DNA from: Candidatus Bathyarchaeota archaeon
GTDB taxonomy: Archaea; Thermoproteota; Bathyarchaeia; Bathyarchaeales; Bathycorpusculaceae
Length of the DNA stretch: 64,000 nt
Reading direction: 5' to 3'
Assembly (NCBI GenBank): GCA_963767735.1
Contig: CAVYES010000004.1
Span: 160,001 to 224,000, forward strand
The position numbers and the translations under genes were made by a program. A model generated the notes under the pieces. It was given only the letters and a program-made list of their open reading frames with translations. It was not told the DNA's origin and ran no database searches. Below are positions 22,395-32,609 of the stretch, in pieces; positions within the stretch are counted from its first letter, which is position 1; every line of letters starts with the position of its first letter.

Positions 22395-22981
22395 AGGTAG
22401 TGGTAATTGATAATTATGATTCGTTCGTTTACAACCTTGTTCAGTACATTGGCGAGCAGGGCGCGGAAGTCATTGTTTACAGAAACAACCAAGTTACCTT
22501 GGAACAGTTAATTAAGCTTAAACCTGACCGAATTGTGATTTCGCCAGGTCCAGGCACACCTGAAGATGAGCGTTACTTTGGCGTCTGCAAAAAAATCCTG
22601 CAAACCTTAAGCCCCACAATTCCAACTTTAGGCGTCTGCTTAGGCCACCAAGGCATAATCCACGTCTATGGCGGAAAAATCATCCATGCAAAAAAGCTAA
22701 TGCATGGAAAAACCTGCACAATAAAACATGACCAAAAAGGCATCTTCACAGGCGTACGCAACCCATTCACGGCAACACGGTATCATTCGCTTGCCGGCGA
22801 ACGGTGCTCTATTCCAGCATGCTTAGAAATTACCGCAGAATGCATCGAGGACGGTGAAATCATGGGCATTCGGCATGTTAAGTATCCGATTGACGGCGTC
22901 CAATTTCATCCTGAGTCAATTCTATGTGAAGACGGCAAAGTTATAATTAAAAACTTTTTGGAGGGAAAGCGCAGGCTATGA
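22391..22981 (+). CDS. trpG: Anthranilate synthase component II
   Basis: DNYDSF, SPGPG, GVCLGHQ, QFHPES. Confidence 0.97.
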   Translation: MKVVVIDNYDSFVYNLVQYIGEQGAEVIVYRNNQVTLEQLIKLKPDRIVISPGPGTPEDERYFGVCKKILQTLSPTIPTLGVCLGHQGIIHVYGGKIIHAKKLMHGKTCTIKHDQKGIFTGVRNPFTATRYHSLAGERCSIPACLEITAECIEDGEIMGIRHVKYPIDGVQFHPESILCEDGKVIIKNFLEGKRRL

Positions 22982-24039
22982 TTAGGGAAGGCATTCAGAA
23001 ACTCATTGAAGGCTACAGCTTAACAGGCGACGAGTCAGGAGAAATCATGCGGGAAGTCATGTCTGGAAAAGCCACAAACTCGCAGACTGCCGCTTTTCTA
23101 ACAGCGTTGCGAATGAAAGGTGAAGCAGTTGAGGAACTAATCGCCTTCGCCTCTGTCATGCGCGAACAGAGCACCCAGATACATCCCCACGTGCATGGTC
23201 GCTTAGTGGATACTTGCGGGACAGGCGGAGACAAAATAAAAACCTTCAACGTTAGCACCGCAGCCGCTTTCGTCATTGCAGGAGCTGGCGTGGCAGTTGC
23301 TAAACATGGAAACAGGGCTGTAACCAGCAAATGCGGCAGCGCCGACGTTCTAGAAAAGCTCGGTCTAAACCTTTACTTGGAGCCAAAAGCAGTTGAAGGC
23401 ACAATAGAGAAACTGGGGATAGGCTTCTTGTTTGCTCCAGCTTTCAATCCAGCAATGAAGTATGCGGCTGAACCAAGAAGGGAAATAGGCATCCGCACAG
23501 TATTCAACCTCCTCGGACCACTGACCAATCCAGCATGCGCAAATGCTCAACTGCTCGGCGTATACGACTCTAAACTGACTGCCCCATTAGCTTATGCGCT
23601 AAAGCGGCTGGGCTGCGAAGAAGCCATGGTTGTCCACGGATTAGACGGCTTAGATGAAATATCAACGGTTGGCAAAACAGCTATTGCACATTTAAGAGGC
23701 GGTGAAGTCAGCGAACTTGAAGTTTCTCCTGGCGATTTTGGAGTTAAAACAGCGTGCATCACAGATTTAAAGGTGGAATCACCTGAAGAAAGCGCTGAAA
23801 CACTCTTCAAAAGTCTCAGCGGCAATCTTACTCACGGTGACCCAAAAATGGAGTTTGTGCTTGTTAACAGTGTAGCTGGAATAATGGTTGGGGGAAAAGC
23901 GGACGATTTTGAAGGCGGCATGGAGTTAGCCCGTGAATCAATCGAGAGCGGAGCAGCGTATAGTAAGCTTAAGGGTTTGGTTACAGCTTCAGGCGAAAGC
24001 CTGCAGAAACTCGAGGAGTTCGAAATGAAGTATGAGTGA
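22978..24039 (+). CDS. trpD: Anthranilate phosphoribosyltransferase
   Basis: DTCGTGGD, KHGNR, GSADVLE, FNLLGPL. Confidence 0.97.
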   Translation: MIREGIQKLIEGYSLTGDESGEIMREVMSGKATNSQTAAFLTALRMKGEAVEELIAFASVMREQSTQIHPHVHGRLVDTCGTGGDKIKTFNVSTAAAFVIAGAGVAVAKHGNRAVTSKCGSADVLEKLGLNLYLEPKAVEGTIEKLGIGFLFAPAFNPAMKYAAEPRREIGIRTVFNLLGPLTNPACANAQLLGVYDSKLTAPLAYALKRLGCEEAMVVHGLDGLDEISTVGKTAIAHLRGGEVSELEVSPGDFGVKTACITDLKVESPEESAETLFKSLSGNLTHGDPKMEFVLVNSVAGIMVGGKADDFEGGMELARESIESGAAYSKLKGLVTASGESLQKLEEFEMKYE

Positions 24040-24811
24040 TTATCTTGATGTTCTGGCGCGAGTTGCCCAGATAAATATTGATGATGAATACTATGATGCA
24101 GTAAAACGTGTTGAAAGCATTGTTATTAGCTTGCGAAAGGCGATTTTGGATTGTCAAGTTGTTCCGGTTATAGCCGAAATAAAGTCGGCTTCTCCATCGG
24201 CTGGTGTGATAAGAAAAAACGTGGAGCCAAACGAGATTGCGAAGGCAATTCAGAGGGGCGGAGCCGCAGCCTTATCTGTGTTAACTGAGCCCAAACAATT
24301 CAATGGCTCCTTAGAAGCTTTAGCTCAAGCCAGAGAAGCAATGAAACTTCCCATCCTCATGAAAGACATAATCGTAAGCCCCCTACAAGTCTACGCTGCA
24401 TCGAAAATAGGTGCAAACGCCGTTTTGTTGATTAAGGCGCTTTTTGACAGAGGGTACTGTGAAAAGACCCTTGATGAAATGATTGCTGGAGCGCACGGGT
24501 TGGGTCTTGAGGTTTTGCTTGAAACCCACACCGAAACAGAGTTTCAGTCAGCCGTAATGACGGGCGCTGATTTGATAGGGATAAACAACCGTAACCTTGG
24601 GACCCTAAAAGTAGATTTAAGCGTTACAAAAAACATCCTCTCAAAAAACGACACAAACGGCAAACTCGTCATAAGCGAAAGCGGAATAAACACACCAGCT
24701 GACATATGTTTTCTCCGAGAAAGTGGAGCATGCGCCTTCCTCATCGGCTCAGCTATAATGTCAACCGATAACGTTGAAGAAAAAGTCAGGGAGTTTGTGA
24801 ACGCAAAATGA
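24032..24811 (+). CDS. trpC: Indole-3-glycerol phosphate synthase
   Basis: [27 protein letters not shown]. Confidence 0.97.
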   Translation: MSDYLDVLARVAQINIDDEYYDAVKRVESIVISLRKAILDCQVVPVIAEIKSASPSAGVIRKNVEPNEIAKAIQRGGAAALSVLTEPKQFNGSLEALAQAREAMKLPILMKDIIVSPLQVYAASKIGANAVLLIKALFDRGYCEKTLDEMIAGAHGLGLEVLLETHTETEFQSAVMTGADLIGINNRNLGTLKVDLSVTKNILSKNDTNGKLVISESGINTPADICFLRESGACAFLIGSAIMSTDNVEEKVREFVNAK

Positions 24812-26004
24812 AAGCGAGCAACTACCCTGTCGACGGAAAATACGGGAAATATGGCGGGCGCTTTGTCCCAGAAGTGCTGATGGCAGCCATCAAAGAGCTG
24901 GAAGAAGCGTATGAGCAAGCGCGTAAAGACCCCAGTTTCCAGAAAGAACTTGATTACTATCTGTCAGAGTTCGTTGGAAGACCCACATCGCTCTACTTTG
25001 CTGAGAACTTGACGCGTAAGCTGGGCGGCGCCAAGATTTACCTTAAACGCGAAGACTTAGCTCATGGCGGAGCACACAAAATAAACAACACCATCGGGCA
25101 AGCGTTACTCGCCAAACGAATGGGCAAGACCCGTGTTATAGCCGAGACGGGAGCAGGTCAACACGGTGTAGCCACTGCAATTGCATGCGCCGCCTTAGGC
25201 TTGAAAGCTGAGGTTTACATGGGTACAGAAGACTGTGAACGTCAGCGGCTTAATGTTTTCCGCATGAAGCTTCTAAATGCACAAGTGCATCCCGTCGAAT
25301 CTGGTTCAAAAACCCTCAAGGACTCGATAAACGAGGCGTTCCGCGATTGGGTTACAAACCTTCAGACGACATATTACTTAATCGGCTCAGTTGTTGGTCC
25401 CCATCCGTATCCAATGATTGTTAGGGATTTCCAAAGCGTAATCGGCAAAGAACTCAAAGAACAATTCCACAAAAAAGAAGGTCGACTCCCCGATGCTCTG
25501 GTTGCTTGCGTAGGCGGCGGAAGCAACGCTATAGGCACATTCTACCCCTTCGAAGACAACGCGGAAGTGAAGTTTTATGGTGTTGAAGCTGCAGGAGAAG
25601 GTTTAGAAACGGGCAAACACGCCGCATCTCTTGGCGCAGGAGCAGAAGGAGTCTTCCACGGCATGTTAACCTACGTTCTCCAAGACAGCAAAGGGCAGAT
25701 ACAGAACACAAGCAGCATTTCCGCAGGCTTAGACTATCCAGGCGTTGGACCAGAACACTCCTTCCTAAAAACCCTCAAAAGAGCGAAATATGTTTCAGCC
25801 ACAGACAAAGAAGCGGTGGACGCTTTTCTAGCTTTGTCCCGAGAGGAGGGAATCCTGCCTGCCTTGGAATCGTCGCATGCAGTGGCTTACGCCATGAAAC
25901 TTGCGCCAAAAATGAAGAAGAACCAGTCAATCATCGTAACCTTGTCGGGACGGGGCGATAAAGACGTGGAAACCATAGCAGACTACATCGGAGCAAAAAT
26001 ATGA
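24808..26004 (+). CDS. trpB: Tryptophan synthase beta chain
   Basis: GAHKINN (PLP Lys), [29 protein letters not shown]. Confidence 0.98.
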   Translation: MKASNYPVDGKYGKYGGRFVPEVLMAAIKELEEAYEQARKDPSFQKELDYYLSEFVGRPTSLYFAENLTRKLGGAKIYLKREDLAHGGAHKINNTIGQALLAKRMGKTRVIAETGAGQHGVATAIACAALGLKAEVYMGTEDCERQRLNVFRMKLLNAQVHPVESGSKTLKDSINEAFRDWVTNLQTTYYLIGSVVGPHPYPMIVRDFQSVIGKELKEQFHKKEGRLPDALVACVGGGSNAIGTFYPFEDNAEVKFYGVEAAGEGLETGKHAASLGAGAEGVFHGMLTYVLQDSKGQIQNTSSISAGLDYPGVGPEHSFLKTLKRAKYVSATDKEAVDAFLALSREEGILPALESSHAVAYAMKLAPKMKKNQSIIVTLSGRGDKDVETIADYIGAKI

Positions 26005-26810
26005 ATGCAATAAACCAAGCGTTCCAAAAGGCAAAGGCGCAGGGAAACGGAGCCCTCATCGGCTACATTATGGCTGGAGACCCAAAACCCAAAGTGACAG
26101 CGAAAATTGCTGACGCCTTAATCAAAGGAGGAGTGGACATTTTGGAGCTTGGGCTTCCTTTTTCTGATCCGATTGCGGATGGACCAACAATTCAAGCTGC
26201 AAGCGTACGTGCATTAGCTGCTGGAACAACGCCAACTCGGGTGCTGGAAATTGCCAAAGAAATACGGTTAAGCCATGACGTACCAATTGTAGTAATGACT
26301 TATTATAATCCCGTGTTCAGGATGGGGCTTGAGAAGTTTTTCGGTTTAGCTCAGGAATGCCTTGTTGACGGCGTCATAGTTCCAGATTTACCCGTTGAAG
26401 AAGCAGGCGACTACAAGAAAGCCGCAGGCAAATCTGGCATAGACACGATTTTTCTTGTTGCACCGTCCACTTCTAATGAACGCTTAGGGCGAATTGTTGA
26501 GTGTTCGTCGGGTTTTCTATATCTTGTTTCCCACTTCGGCGTGACAGGTGCACAGTCAAAAATTGAAGATTCAACTATTGAGCTTGTCAAGCGTATTTTG
26601 CCCAATACGTCTGGGAAGATTCCTTTGGCCGTTGGGTTCGGCGTCTCGAAGCCTGAGCATGTTCGGCGCATTATGGCGGCGGGGGCAGACGGCGTCATCG
26701 TTGGCAGCGCCTTCATCAATGTAATTCAAAAAAACCAAGGCAACATAGATGCCCTGCTAAAAGAGCTGCAGGCAACCGCTTCTGGGCTTAAGGCAGCAAC
26801 AAAAATCTAA
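26001..26810 (+). CDS. trpA: Tryptophan synthase alpha chain
   Basis: [27 protein letters not shown]. Confidence 0.98.
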   Translation: MNAINQAFQKAKAQGNGALIGYIMAGDPKPKVTAKIADALIKGGVDILELGLPFSDPIADGPTIQAASVRALAAGTTPTRVLEIAKEIRLSHDVPIVVMTYYNPVFRMGLEKFFGLAQECLVDGVIVPDLPVEEAGDYKKAAGKSGIDTIFLVAPSTSNERLGRIVECSSGFLYLVSHFGVTGAQSKIEDSTIELVKRILPNTSGKIPLAVGFGVSKPEHVRRIMAAGADGVIVGSAFINVIQKNQGNIDALLKELQATASGLKAATKI

Positions 26811-26887
26811 AAAATCAAAAAAGCAATCCAAAACAACTAGAAAAAAATTTCGTGTAAAGAACGCCAGAAAAATCACGCTCTCATCTG

Positions 26888-26900
26888 CGAAAGACTTAAA
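26888..26900 (+). promoter_or_regulatory. BRE/TATA promoter of the SRP RNA
   Basis: CGAAAGACTTAAA about 25 nt upstream of the RNA 5' end. Confidence 0.65.
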
Positions 26901-26924
26901 GTGTGTTCTGTGCCTTTAATTTTC

Positions 26925-27243
26925 GGCGGTGGATCTTAGGCGGTGGGGTAGGGGTCCATTGTACCGTAAACCCTCTATACGACGGGCTGACATCTGCGGA
27001 TGAGGCGCCGAAGGCCGTTTGGATCTTCATTTCCGAAACATTGACTATCCGTCCTTTGGGGCTGGCGGTCTGTGGGCAGCTTCCGTAGGGGAGTTGCTTC
27101 ATTGTTAACCAGGCGAACCCGGCTAGGCTCGGGAGAGAGCAACCTAAGTTTGGACGTCGTGCGCTCAAGGGGGTGCGGGTAAGAGCGTAGGGCTTGAGGG
27201 TTCCAGGCGGAGTCTGGGCGTCAAACCGCAGTGATCCACCGCT
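26925..27243 (+). ncRNA. ffs: Archaeal SRP (7S) RNA
   Basis: Terminal helix GGCGGTGGATC / GATCCACCGCT, Alu-like 5' domain, helix-8 motif AGGCTC-GGGA-GAGAGCAACC, about 320 nt, GC-rich. Confidence 0.9.
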
Positions 27244-27250
27244 ACTAAAA

Positions 27251-27520
27251 TTATTCGTACGCTGCTTCTCTTTGCGAAATTTTCAGAATAATGATCGTTT
27301 GAGTGGTTTTATCCACCGAAAACATGACTCTAAATTTGCCCGTTCTTAATCGGTAAAAATCTTTCTGCCCTTCCATCTTCGTGACATCCAAATGCTCGTT
27401 TGGATTAGGAAAAGTTTCCAAGCACAAAATTTTCTGAAGTAATCCTTTCTTTGCTTTTTGATCCATGTGATCCAGAAATTTATCAACTTTTCTGTGGACA
27501 ATTATGCGGTAGTTAGGCAC
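27251..27520 (-). CDS. relE: RelE/ParE-family toxin
   Basis: YRLRTGKFRVMF...ILKISQREAAY. Confidence 0.9.
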   Translation of the reverse strand: MPNYRIIVHRKVDKFLDHMDQKAKKGLLQKILCLETFPNPNEHLDVTKMEGQKDFYRLRTGKFRVMFSVDKTTQTIIILKISQREAAYE

Positions 27521-27761
27521 CTTTTTTTACCTCATGCTTCTTGAGCACTTCTTCCAAAGGAACGCACTTACCCCGCTCAGCTTCATGCTTCAGAACCTCA
27601 AGTTCTTCCATTTCCTCGGGGCTGATTTTTTCCTCTGGAATCAAGGACTCAACAAGGCTGTCAAGCGACTTCTCAATCGATTTAAGCTCTAGCCGCACAC
27701 GTTTCACTTCTTCGTAAACTTTGCCTAAACTAACCTCAGAAGTCAAGTAGACCCTCATCAA
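27513..27761 (-). CDS. Cognate antitoxin (RelB-like)
   Basis: Upstream of and overlapping relE; acidic C-terminus with G.CVPLEEV. Confidence 0.8.
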   Translation of the reverse strand: MMRVYLTSEVSLGKVYEEVKRVRLELKSIEKSLDSLVESLIPEEKISPEEMEELEVLKHEAERGKCVPLEEVLKKHEVKKGA

Positions 27762-27829
27762 ATAATATCATACAGCGCCCTAATAACTTTTAACAAGAAA
27801 TAGAAACTCTCGCTTCTGGAAAAACAGCC

Positions 27830-27942
27830 AGTTTGGACGTCGTGCGCTCAAGGGGGTGCGGGTAAGAGCGTAGGGCTTGAAGGCTCCAGGCGGAGTCTGG
27901 GCGTCAAACCGCAGTGATCCACCGCTACTAATTTTATTCGTA
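27830..27942 (+). repeat. Direct-repeat copy of the SRP RNA 3' end (matches 27147-27259)
   Basis: 113-nt repeat with 4 mismatches by manual alignment. Confidence 0.95.
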
Positions 27943-27951
27943 TGTTAGCTA

Positions 27952-28104
27952 TCACTTTTCTTGCTCTTGCAGTATTGTCTGAATTGATTTCTTTAATGGC
28001 GGATTATTTTGAGTAGCGGCTTTCCAAAGTGTTTCTTCGTCCAATCCGAAGTAGGCGTGGATTAGTTTGTCTCGCATTCCATCTATTTGCTTCCAAGGAA
28101 GCTG
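27952..28104 (-). pseudogene. C-terminal fragment of a HEPN (DUF86) toxin
   Basis: QLPWKQIDGMRDKLIHAYFGLDEETLWKAAT...QEK*, with the Rx4H motif; 5' part missing. Confidence 0.85.
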
Positions 28105-28105
28105 T

Positions 28106-28345
28106 TTATACTATTTCTTCAATTGGTTTTGGAGGCGGGGTTGTTGCCATTGTATAGCCTATCCATGCACCGATCGCCAGAATAGCGATAAATGCTATGG
28201 AAACAAGAACTAGTACTGCATCTAACCTGATCGCGGGCGTTGCGAGTCCATTAATTGGAACAGCAACCAAAACGACGTAGCCGACTGCGACTATAGCGCA
28301 CACAATAAGTATTGCTCCACCTATTGCTTGATCTTTACTAACCGT
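28106..28345 (-). CDS. Paralog of the 12376 two-TM protein, start codon ACG
   Basis: Same GGTGGTGACTTGA leader and similar promoter, with ACG in place of ATG. Confidence 0.7.
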   Translation of the reverse strand, partial: TVSKDQAIGGAILIVCAIVAVGYVVLVAVPINGLATPAIRLDAVLVLVSIAFIAILAIGAWIGYTMATTPPPKPIEEIV

Positions 28346-28766
28346 TCAAGTCACCACCTTATAGCCATGCTCCTTTGCTCTTTTTCTCCCAATGTAAGGC
28401 AAACCGCGAAAAGGATATAAGGCATATTTCCAAAAACTAAACATAACAAAAACCAAGTAGCGAAGAACCAACCTGAACTATTTTTAAGTGGTATTACGGG
28501 CAAAGTCACGACTAATAAAAGAAAGGTTACAAAAAATTGACGGCGATTCAAACGAGTTTTGGGTGCGCCTTTAGGATCAAAGTCGGAAAAATTAGAGGCG
28601 TTTTTGTTAATCGCCTTTAGTTCAAGAGTTAGGCGCTGATTTGCCCGTTTGAGTTTTTGCTTGATATTCGAGTGGGCTGGTGGCTGTTTATGGGGCTTTC
28701 TGAAGGTGATATGCAGGAAGCTTTGCTGGCTTTAAATATTTTGAAAATAGGTTTTCAAGGGTTAGA

Positions 28767-29252
28767 GTGGGCTCAAGCAGTTCACGACTTAGAAACCTGC
28801 GGGAAAGGTTTAAATTGACCTTGGAAAACGCTTATTTAGACAAATCTGTCGAATTTGTGGATATGAGGTCCTGGGTAAAAATGAATTTGGCGGTTTTTCA
28901 TCGTCGAAAACAGCTTTTAGCCGCTTATTATAGCGGCATCTTAAATCCGGCTTTTATGCGTGAGCTTGCGGTGCAGTATCATTGTAGCCAGGCAGCGTTG
29001 TATGCGGATTGGGAGCGTCGGGCGAAGTGGGAGCCTTTGATCTGGGCAAGTCAGGAAGCTCATGAAGATGGCAAAGCTTTGCTGGGTCAATTGCAGCTTG
29101 CGCGTGAAGCAGCTTTGCGTCTTATGCTAAATCCGCGGTTAGGCGACAACGCAAGAGTTGCTGCCATTGGCCGATTTACTGAAACTGTTAAGACAGAGAT
29201 TGAGATGAGGCAGAGCCTTGGCTTGCTGCCGAAGATAACTGCGTCTCCGTAA
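28767..29252 (+). CDS. HTH + helical protein (orphan TerS-like or regulator)
   Basis: HTH-like ELAVQYHCSQAALYADW; C-terminal IEMRQSLG. Confidence 0.45.
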   Translation: MGSSSSRLRNLRERFKLTLENAYLDKSVEFVDMRSWVKMNLAVFHRRKQLLAAYYSGILNPAFMRELAVQYHCSQAALYADWERRAKWEPLIWASQEAHEDGKALLGQLQLAREAALRLMLNPRLGDNARVAAIGRFTETVKTEIEMRQSLGLLPKITASP

Positions 29253-29607
29253 GTGTAGGTAAAGCAGCAGGCAAACTTTGATGTTTAACAGAACACAGAA
29301 ATCCAGAAACAGCAAATTTGCTGCCTAAATTGATTATGCCTCGTGATAGTGGAGAAATCTTTGGTCTTCAACAAAATATGGACCTAAACAAATGGGTCAG
29401 TTGGATGCTAGTTTTTGTTGGGTTTGTTCGAAGTGTTCGAGGTAGAACACTTAGGGAACTTGTTTGTTAGTTGTTTTTGTGGGGTGATATGTCTTTGTCT
29501 TTCTGGCTGGAGTCGTTTTGTTTTGAGCAGCTTTCTTCTAACTGTTTTGTTTTGTCGAGTAGGTATGTTTAAGTGTATATTTAAACATTGACTGGTTGTG
29601 GTTTGAT

Positions 29608-29826
29608 ATGGTGAAAACCATCACTATTAGAGATGAAGTTTATGGGAAACTGCTAACCATAAAAGGAAAAGAGGAAAGCTTTAGCGAATTATTTGATAGG
29701 CTGGTTGAGTGTACATCACCTGTGGAAACGCTAAAGAAACTCAGAGGCAAAGTCGAATTCAACGACAAAGAGAAAGAAACGGTGCTTTCTGAGCTTTACT
29801 CTAAAAGGGCTGAAAAAAGAATTTGA
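29608..29826 (+). CDS. vapB: VapB-type antitoxin (DUF217-like)
   Basis: KTITIRDEVY..L...K...ESFSELF; overlaps the PIN gene. Confidence 0.85.
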   Translation: MVKTITIRDEVYGKLLTIKGKEESFSELFDRLVECTSPVETLKKLRGKVEFNDKEKETVLSELYSKRAEKRI

Positions 29827-30203
29827 TCGTCATCGATTCTGATGTCCTGATTGAACTCTTGGATCGAAAATCCGAGAAGGGCGACCAAGCCCTTAAGCAA
29901 ACTGTCGAAAGTAAAGAAGAAGTATCAACGACAGTCATTAGTTTGCATGAAGTTCTATACGGCTTACATAAATACGGCAAAACCGTCCAAGAGCTTCTTT
30001 CACTTCCAATTCTAAGCTACACTAAAAAAGATGCGGTCCTATCTAGCAAAATTGAACTTGAAGCAGAAAAGAAAGGAAAAACCGTCTGCAGAACTGACGC
30101 AATGATTGCAGCCATAACAATTAACAATAACGCAAAACTATACACATTCAATCAAAAACACTTTGAAGCTCTTCAAGACCTCGGGCTAGAACTCTACCCG
30201 TGA
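29823..30203 (+). CDS. vapC: VapC PIN-domain toxin
   Basis: IDSDVLI, E, DAMIAA, TFNQKHF. Confidence 0.9.
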   Translation: MIVIDSDVLIELLDRKSEKGDQALKQTVESKEEVSTTVISLHEVLYGLHKYGKTVQELLSLPILSYTKKDAVLSSKIELEAEKKGKTVCRTDAMIAAITINNNAKLYTFNQKHFEALQDLGLELYP

Positions 30204-30586
30204 ATATACCCATCTAAAAATCAATAGGCATCACCTGCAGTACTTTGCTGTAATCTTTAACTTCTGCGTGTGCTCCCATGAAAAAACACCCTACCCCCTT
30301 ACGTATTTTCATTTTGATGCGGCTACCCCACTGCAAATTCGAATTCTCCTGCCTACTAGTCGATGGGAGATTCAACATGACCCAGAATGGGGTTAGTGGT
30401 GGATCAACGAGGTAGAGAAGGGCAAGATAAGATTCCAGAAGCAAAAGCCTTATTGGAAAAAGTTTGCAAGTAAAGCACCTCGTAACCGGTTACGTGCTTC
30501 GCGCTAAAAAATGGGCCGCTTAAAGATTAAACCGACCGGACTTCTGCTTCGGGAAGTAGATACAATGGTTCGATTCCATTGGACGT

Positions 30587-31372
30587 TTATCCGAATATTA
30601 CGGTGAATGACGTGCCTTGATCCTTCAAGTTTGAAGCTGTGGCGATTTGGTTATTTTGGCTGTTTTGCATGACGATGTGGTCTTCTGAGAATGTGTTTGG
30701 GGATCCTGTTTTGCCGCCGATTTGCGCTGAGAGATTTGTGAAGGTTACGGTTCCGAAGTCTGCTAACGTGGCTTGTTGATTGTTGACTGTGGGTCTTTCT
30801 ACAATCCAGTCTGCTGTTAGCCGGGAAGAGTTGTATGTGAGGTTTTGTTCGTAACAGTTTTGGGTGAAGCATGCGCCTGTGGTGTCGTCGGCTATTCCGA
30901 TTTGCCAGCTTCGGGTTGTGGCATTGATGAGTGTTATAGATGCTGAGAGTTGGTCACCGGGCGAAATTGTGATGTTTTGTATGGTTACCGCGATGCCGGG
31001 CAGAGCTTCATACCATATACTGTAAACAGCTTGACCTAACAGAGAGTTCTGTTCAGAACCTACTTGGATAAGCGTAGTGTCCAATGCACCGCCGATGCCT
31101 ATCCAGACCGACGAAAATGAGTCAGAATCAGAAATGGCCACCTTCGGCACAGTCCAAGACCCACTCACAGCGTCAACTGTAGGCTGCGGCGACAGGTTAT
31201 TTGCCGATACCGCGTAGCCTGCCCAGTCCAAGCTGACGAAAGTTTGAGTTTGAAGCGACTTGAAATAGGGCCACGCGAATATATCTACCATAACCAGCGA
31301 AAACAAAAGCAAAGCTATCCCAAGCGCTATCAGCAGAATTGTGCGAATTCTCTGTTTTTGTCCATTTCGCAA
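30587..31372 (-). CDS. Membrane-anchored glutamic peptidase, family G1 (eqolisin)
   Basis: WAGY, WTVP, SVWIGIGG, catalytic Q (LIQVG) and E (WIVE); N-terminal TM. Confidence 0.85.
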   Translation of the reverse strand: MRNGQKQRIRTILLIALGIALLLFSLVMVDIFAWPYFKSLQTQTFVSLDWAGYAVSANNLSPQPTVDAVSGSWTVPKVAISDSDSFSSVWIGIGGALDTTLIQVGSEQNSLLGQAVYSIWYEALPGIAVTIQNITISPGDQLSASITLINATTRSWQIGIADDTTGACFTQNCYEQNLTYNSSRLTADWIVERPTVNNQQATLADFGTVTFTNLSAQIGGKTGSPNTFSEDHIVMQNSQNNQIATASNLKDQGTSFTVIFG

Positions 31373-31593
31373 TTAACTTGTCTCCTCGACCTTTCGGGGT
31401 ACGCGCCCGACAACTCAAACGTTGACTCACATAGAGCTAATGTCCGAACCATATTTAAGCGCCAATCCCTGAGCTAACTTATTTTTAAAGCGCGATTATA
31501 GGCATAGTTACGACTAATAAAAAAGTCAGGGCTGGTAAGAGATTTACGAAAACTTTTTTATTATCCATTTAATTACTACCTTTTGGTGAGAAT

Positions 31594-31824
31594 TTAAGTA
31601 AGTCTATAACGGTCTCTACAAAGATTCCTAAACAACTTAAAGAAAAAATAGACCGGCTAAAGATTAAACCTTCCAGACTCCTGCGAAAAGCTATCGAAGA
31701 TGAAATAAAAAGAAGAGAAACTGAAGAGCTTAAAGAAGAAATAGATAAATTAAAGCCAATTCTCGAGAAAGTAAACATGGAAGACATAGTGAAAAGCATA
31801 AGAGAAGATAGGGACAGCAGATGA
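31594..31824 (+). CDS. vapB: RHH antitoxin (VapB/CcdA-like), not in the ORF track
   Basis: SITVSTKIPKQLKEKIDRL...IRED R DSR*; ATGA overlap with the PIN gene; GGTGA SD but no ATG/GTG/TTG in frame. Confidence 0.75.
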   Translation, partial: LSKSITVSTKIPKQLKEKIDRLKIKPSRLLRKAIEDEIKRRETEELKEEIDKLKPILEKVNMEDIVKSIREDRDSR

Positions 31825-32240
31825 AATACCTGTTTGACGCCTCAGCCATATTTAGAGCTATTAAAGAAAACAAAATTGACCTCTTAACCGGAAACTATAC
31901 ACTAGAACTATCGAGGTACGAGCTGGGAAACATCGTGTGGAAAGACTACTTCTTGCAAGCAAAAATCTCAAAAGAAGAAGCAAAAATGATCGTTAAAACA
32001 ATCAAACACACACTAGCCATAATGGAAATCTTGCAAATAGCCAGTAACGAAGAAGAAATATTGGAGACCGCAACACAATTGAAAATCACTTTTTATGACG
32101 CATCATACGCTTACTTTGCTAAAGCGAAAGAGCTACAACTAATAACCGAGGATTTACGCTTAATGAAAAAGCTAACACCCATTATCAAAGCCACACTGTT
32201 AAACGAAATCGAGCAACAAAATGGAAAAAAGCCACCATAG
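31821..32240 (+). CDS. vapC: VapC PIN-domain toxin
   Basis: LFDASAI, YELGN, TFYDASY, ITED. Confidence 0.9.
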   Translation: MKYLFDASAIFRAIKENKIDLLTGNYTLELSRYELGNIVWKDYFLQAKISKEEAKMIVKTIKHTLAIMEILQIASNEEEILETATQLKITFYDASYAYFAKAKELQLITEDLRLMKKLTPIIKATLLNEIEQQNGKKPP

Positions 32241-32372
32241 TCCGCGCATTACAAGGTCTATTAAGAGCGCGGAGCGCTAACTTTTTACACATTGGCTATG
32301 TGCAATCGATTCAAAATCCTTTGCGCGCGCACGTACGCCTTTTTATAGAAAAAAAAGGAGTTTTTAATGATG

Positions 32373-32609
32373 TTATTTTTCTTCAACGACAATCATTGTA
32401 AGTGTTGCCTTCACGTTGTCTAGCCGTCGAACGTGCCACGTTATTATTTCTTTTAACTTATCAATACTGTCTGCTTTGACTTTTGCCATTATGTCGTAGA
32501 CTCCGTAAACACCTGATGCTTCTACAACCCCTTCCACATCTTTGAGTTCTTTCAAAACGTCAGATTCAGAACCTATCTTGGTATTTATTGAAACAAAGGC
32601 TGTTGGCAT
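32373..32609 (-). CDS. Stand-alone Lrp/AsnC ligand-binding (RAM) domain
   Basis: VYGVYDIMAKV...T.TMIV. Confidence 0.85.
   Translation of the reverse strand: MPTAFVSINTKIGSESDVLKELKDVEGVVEASGVYGVYDIMAKVKADSIDKLKEIITWHVRRLDNVKATLTMIVVEEK

Noticed and set aside
26896-27168. ORFs over the GC-rich block; also considered RNase P RNA
   Set aside because: The terminal helix, Alu-like domain and helix-8 motif fit SRP RNA. The RNase P GAGGAAAGT and CAGAA motifs are absent, and the ORFs are shadows.
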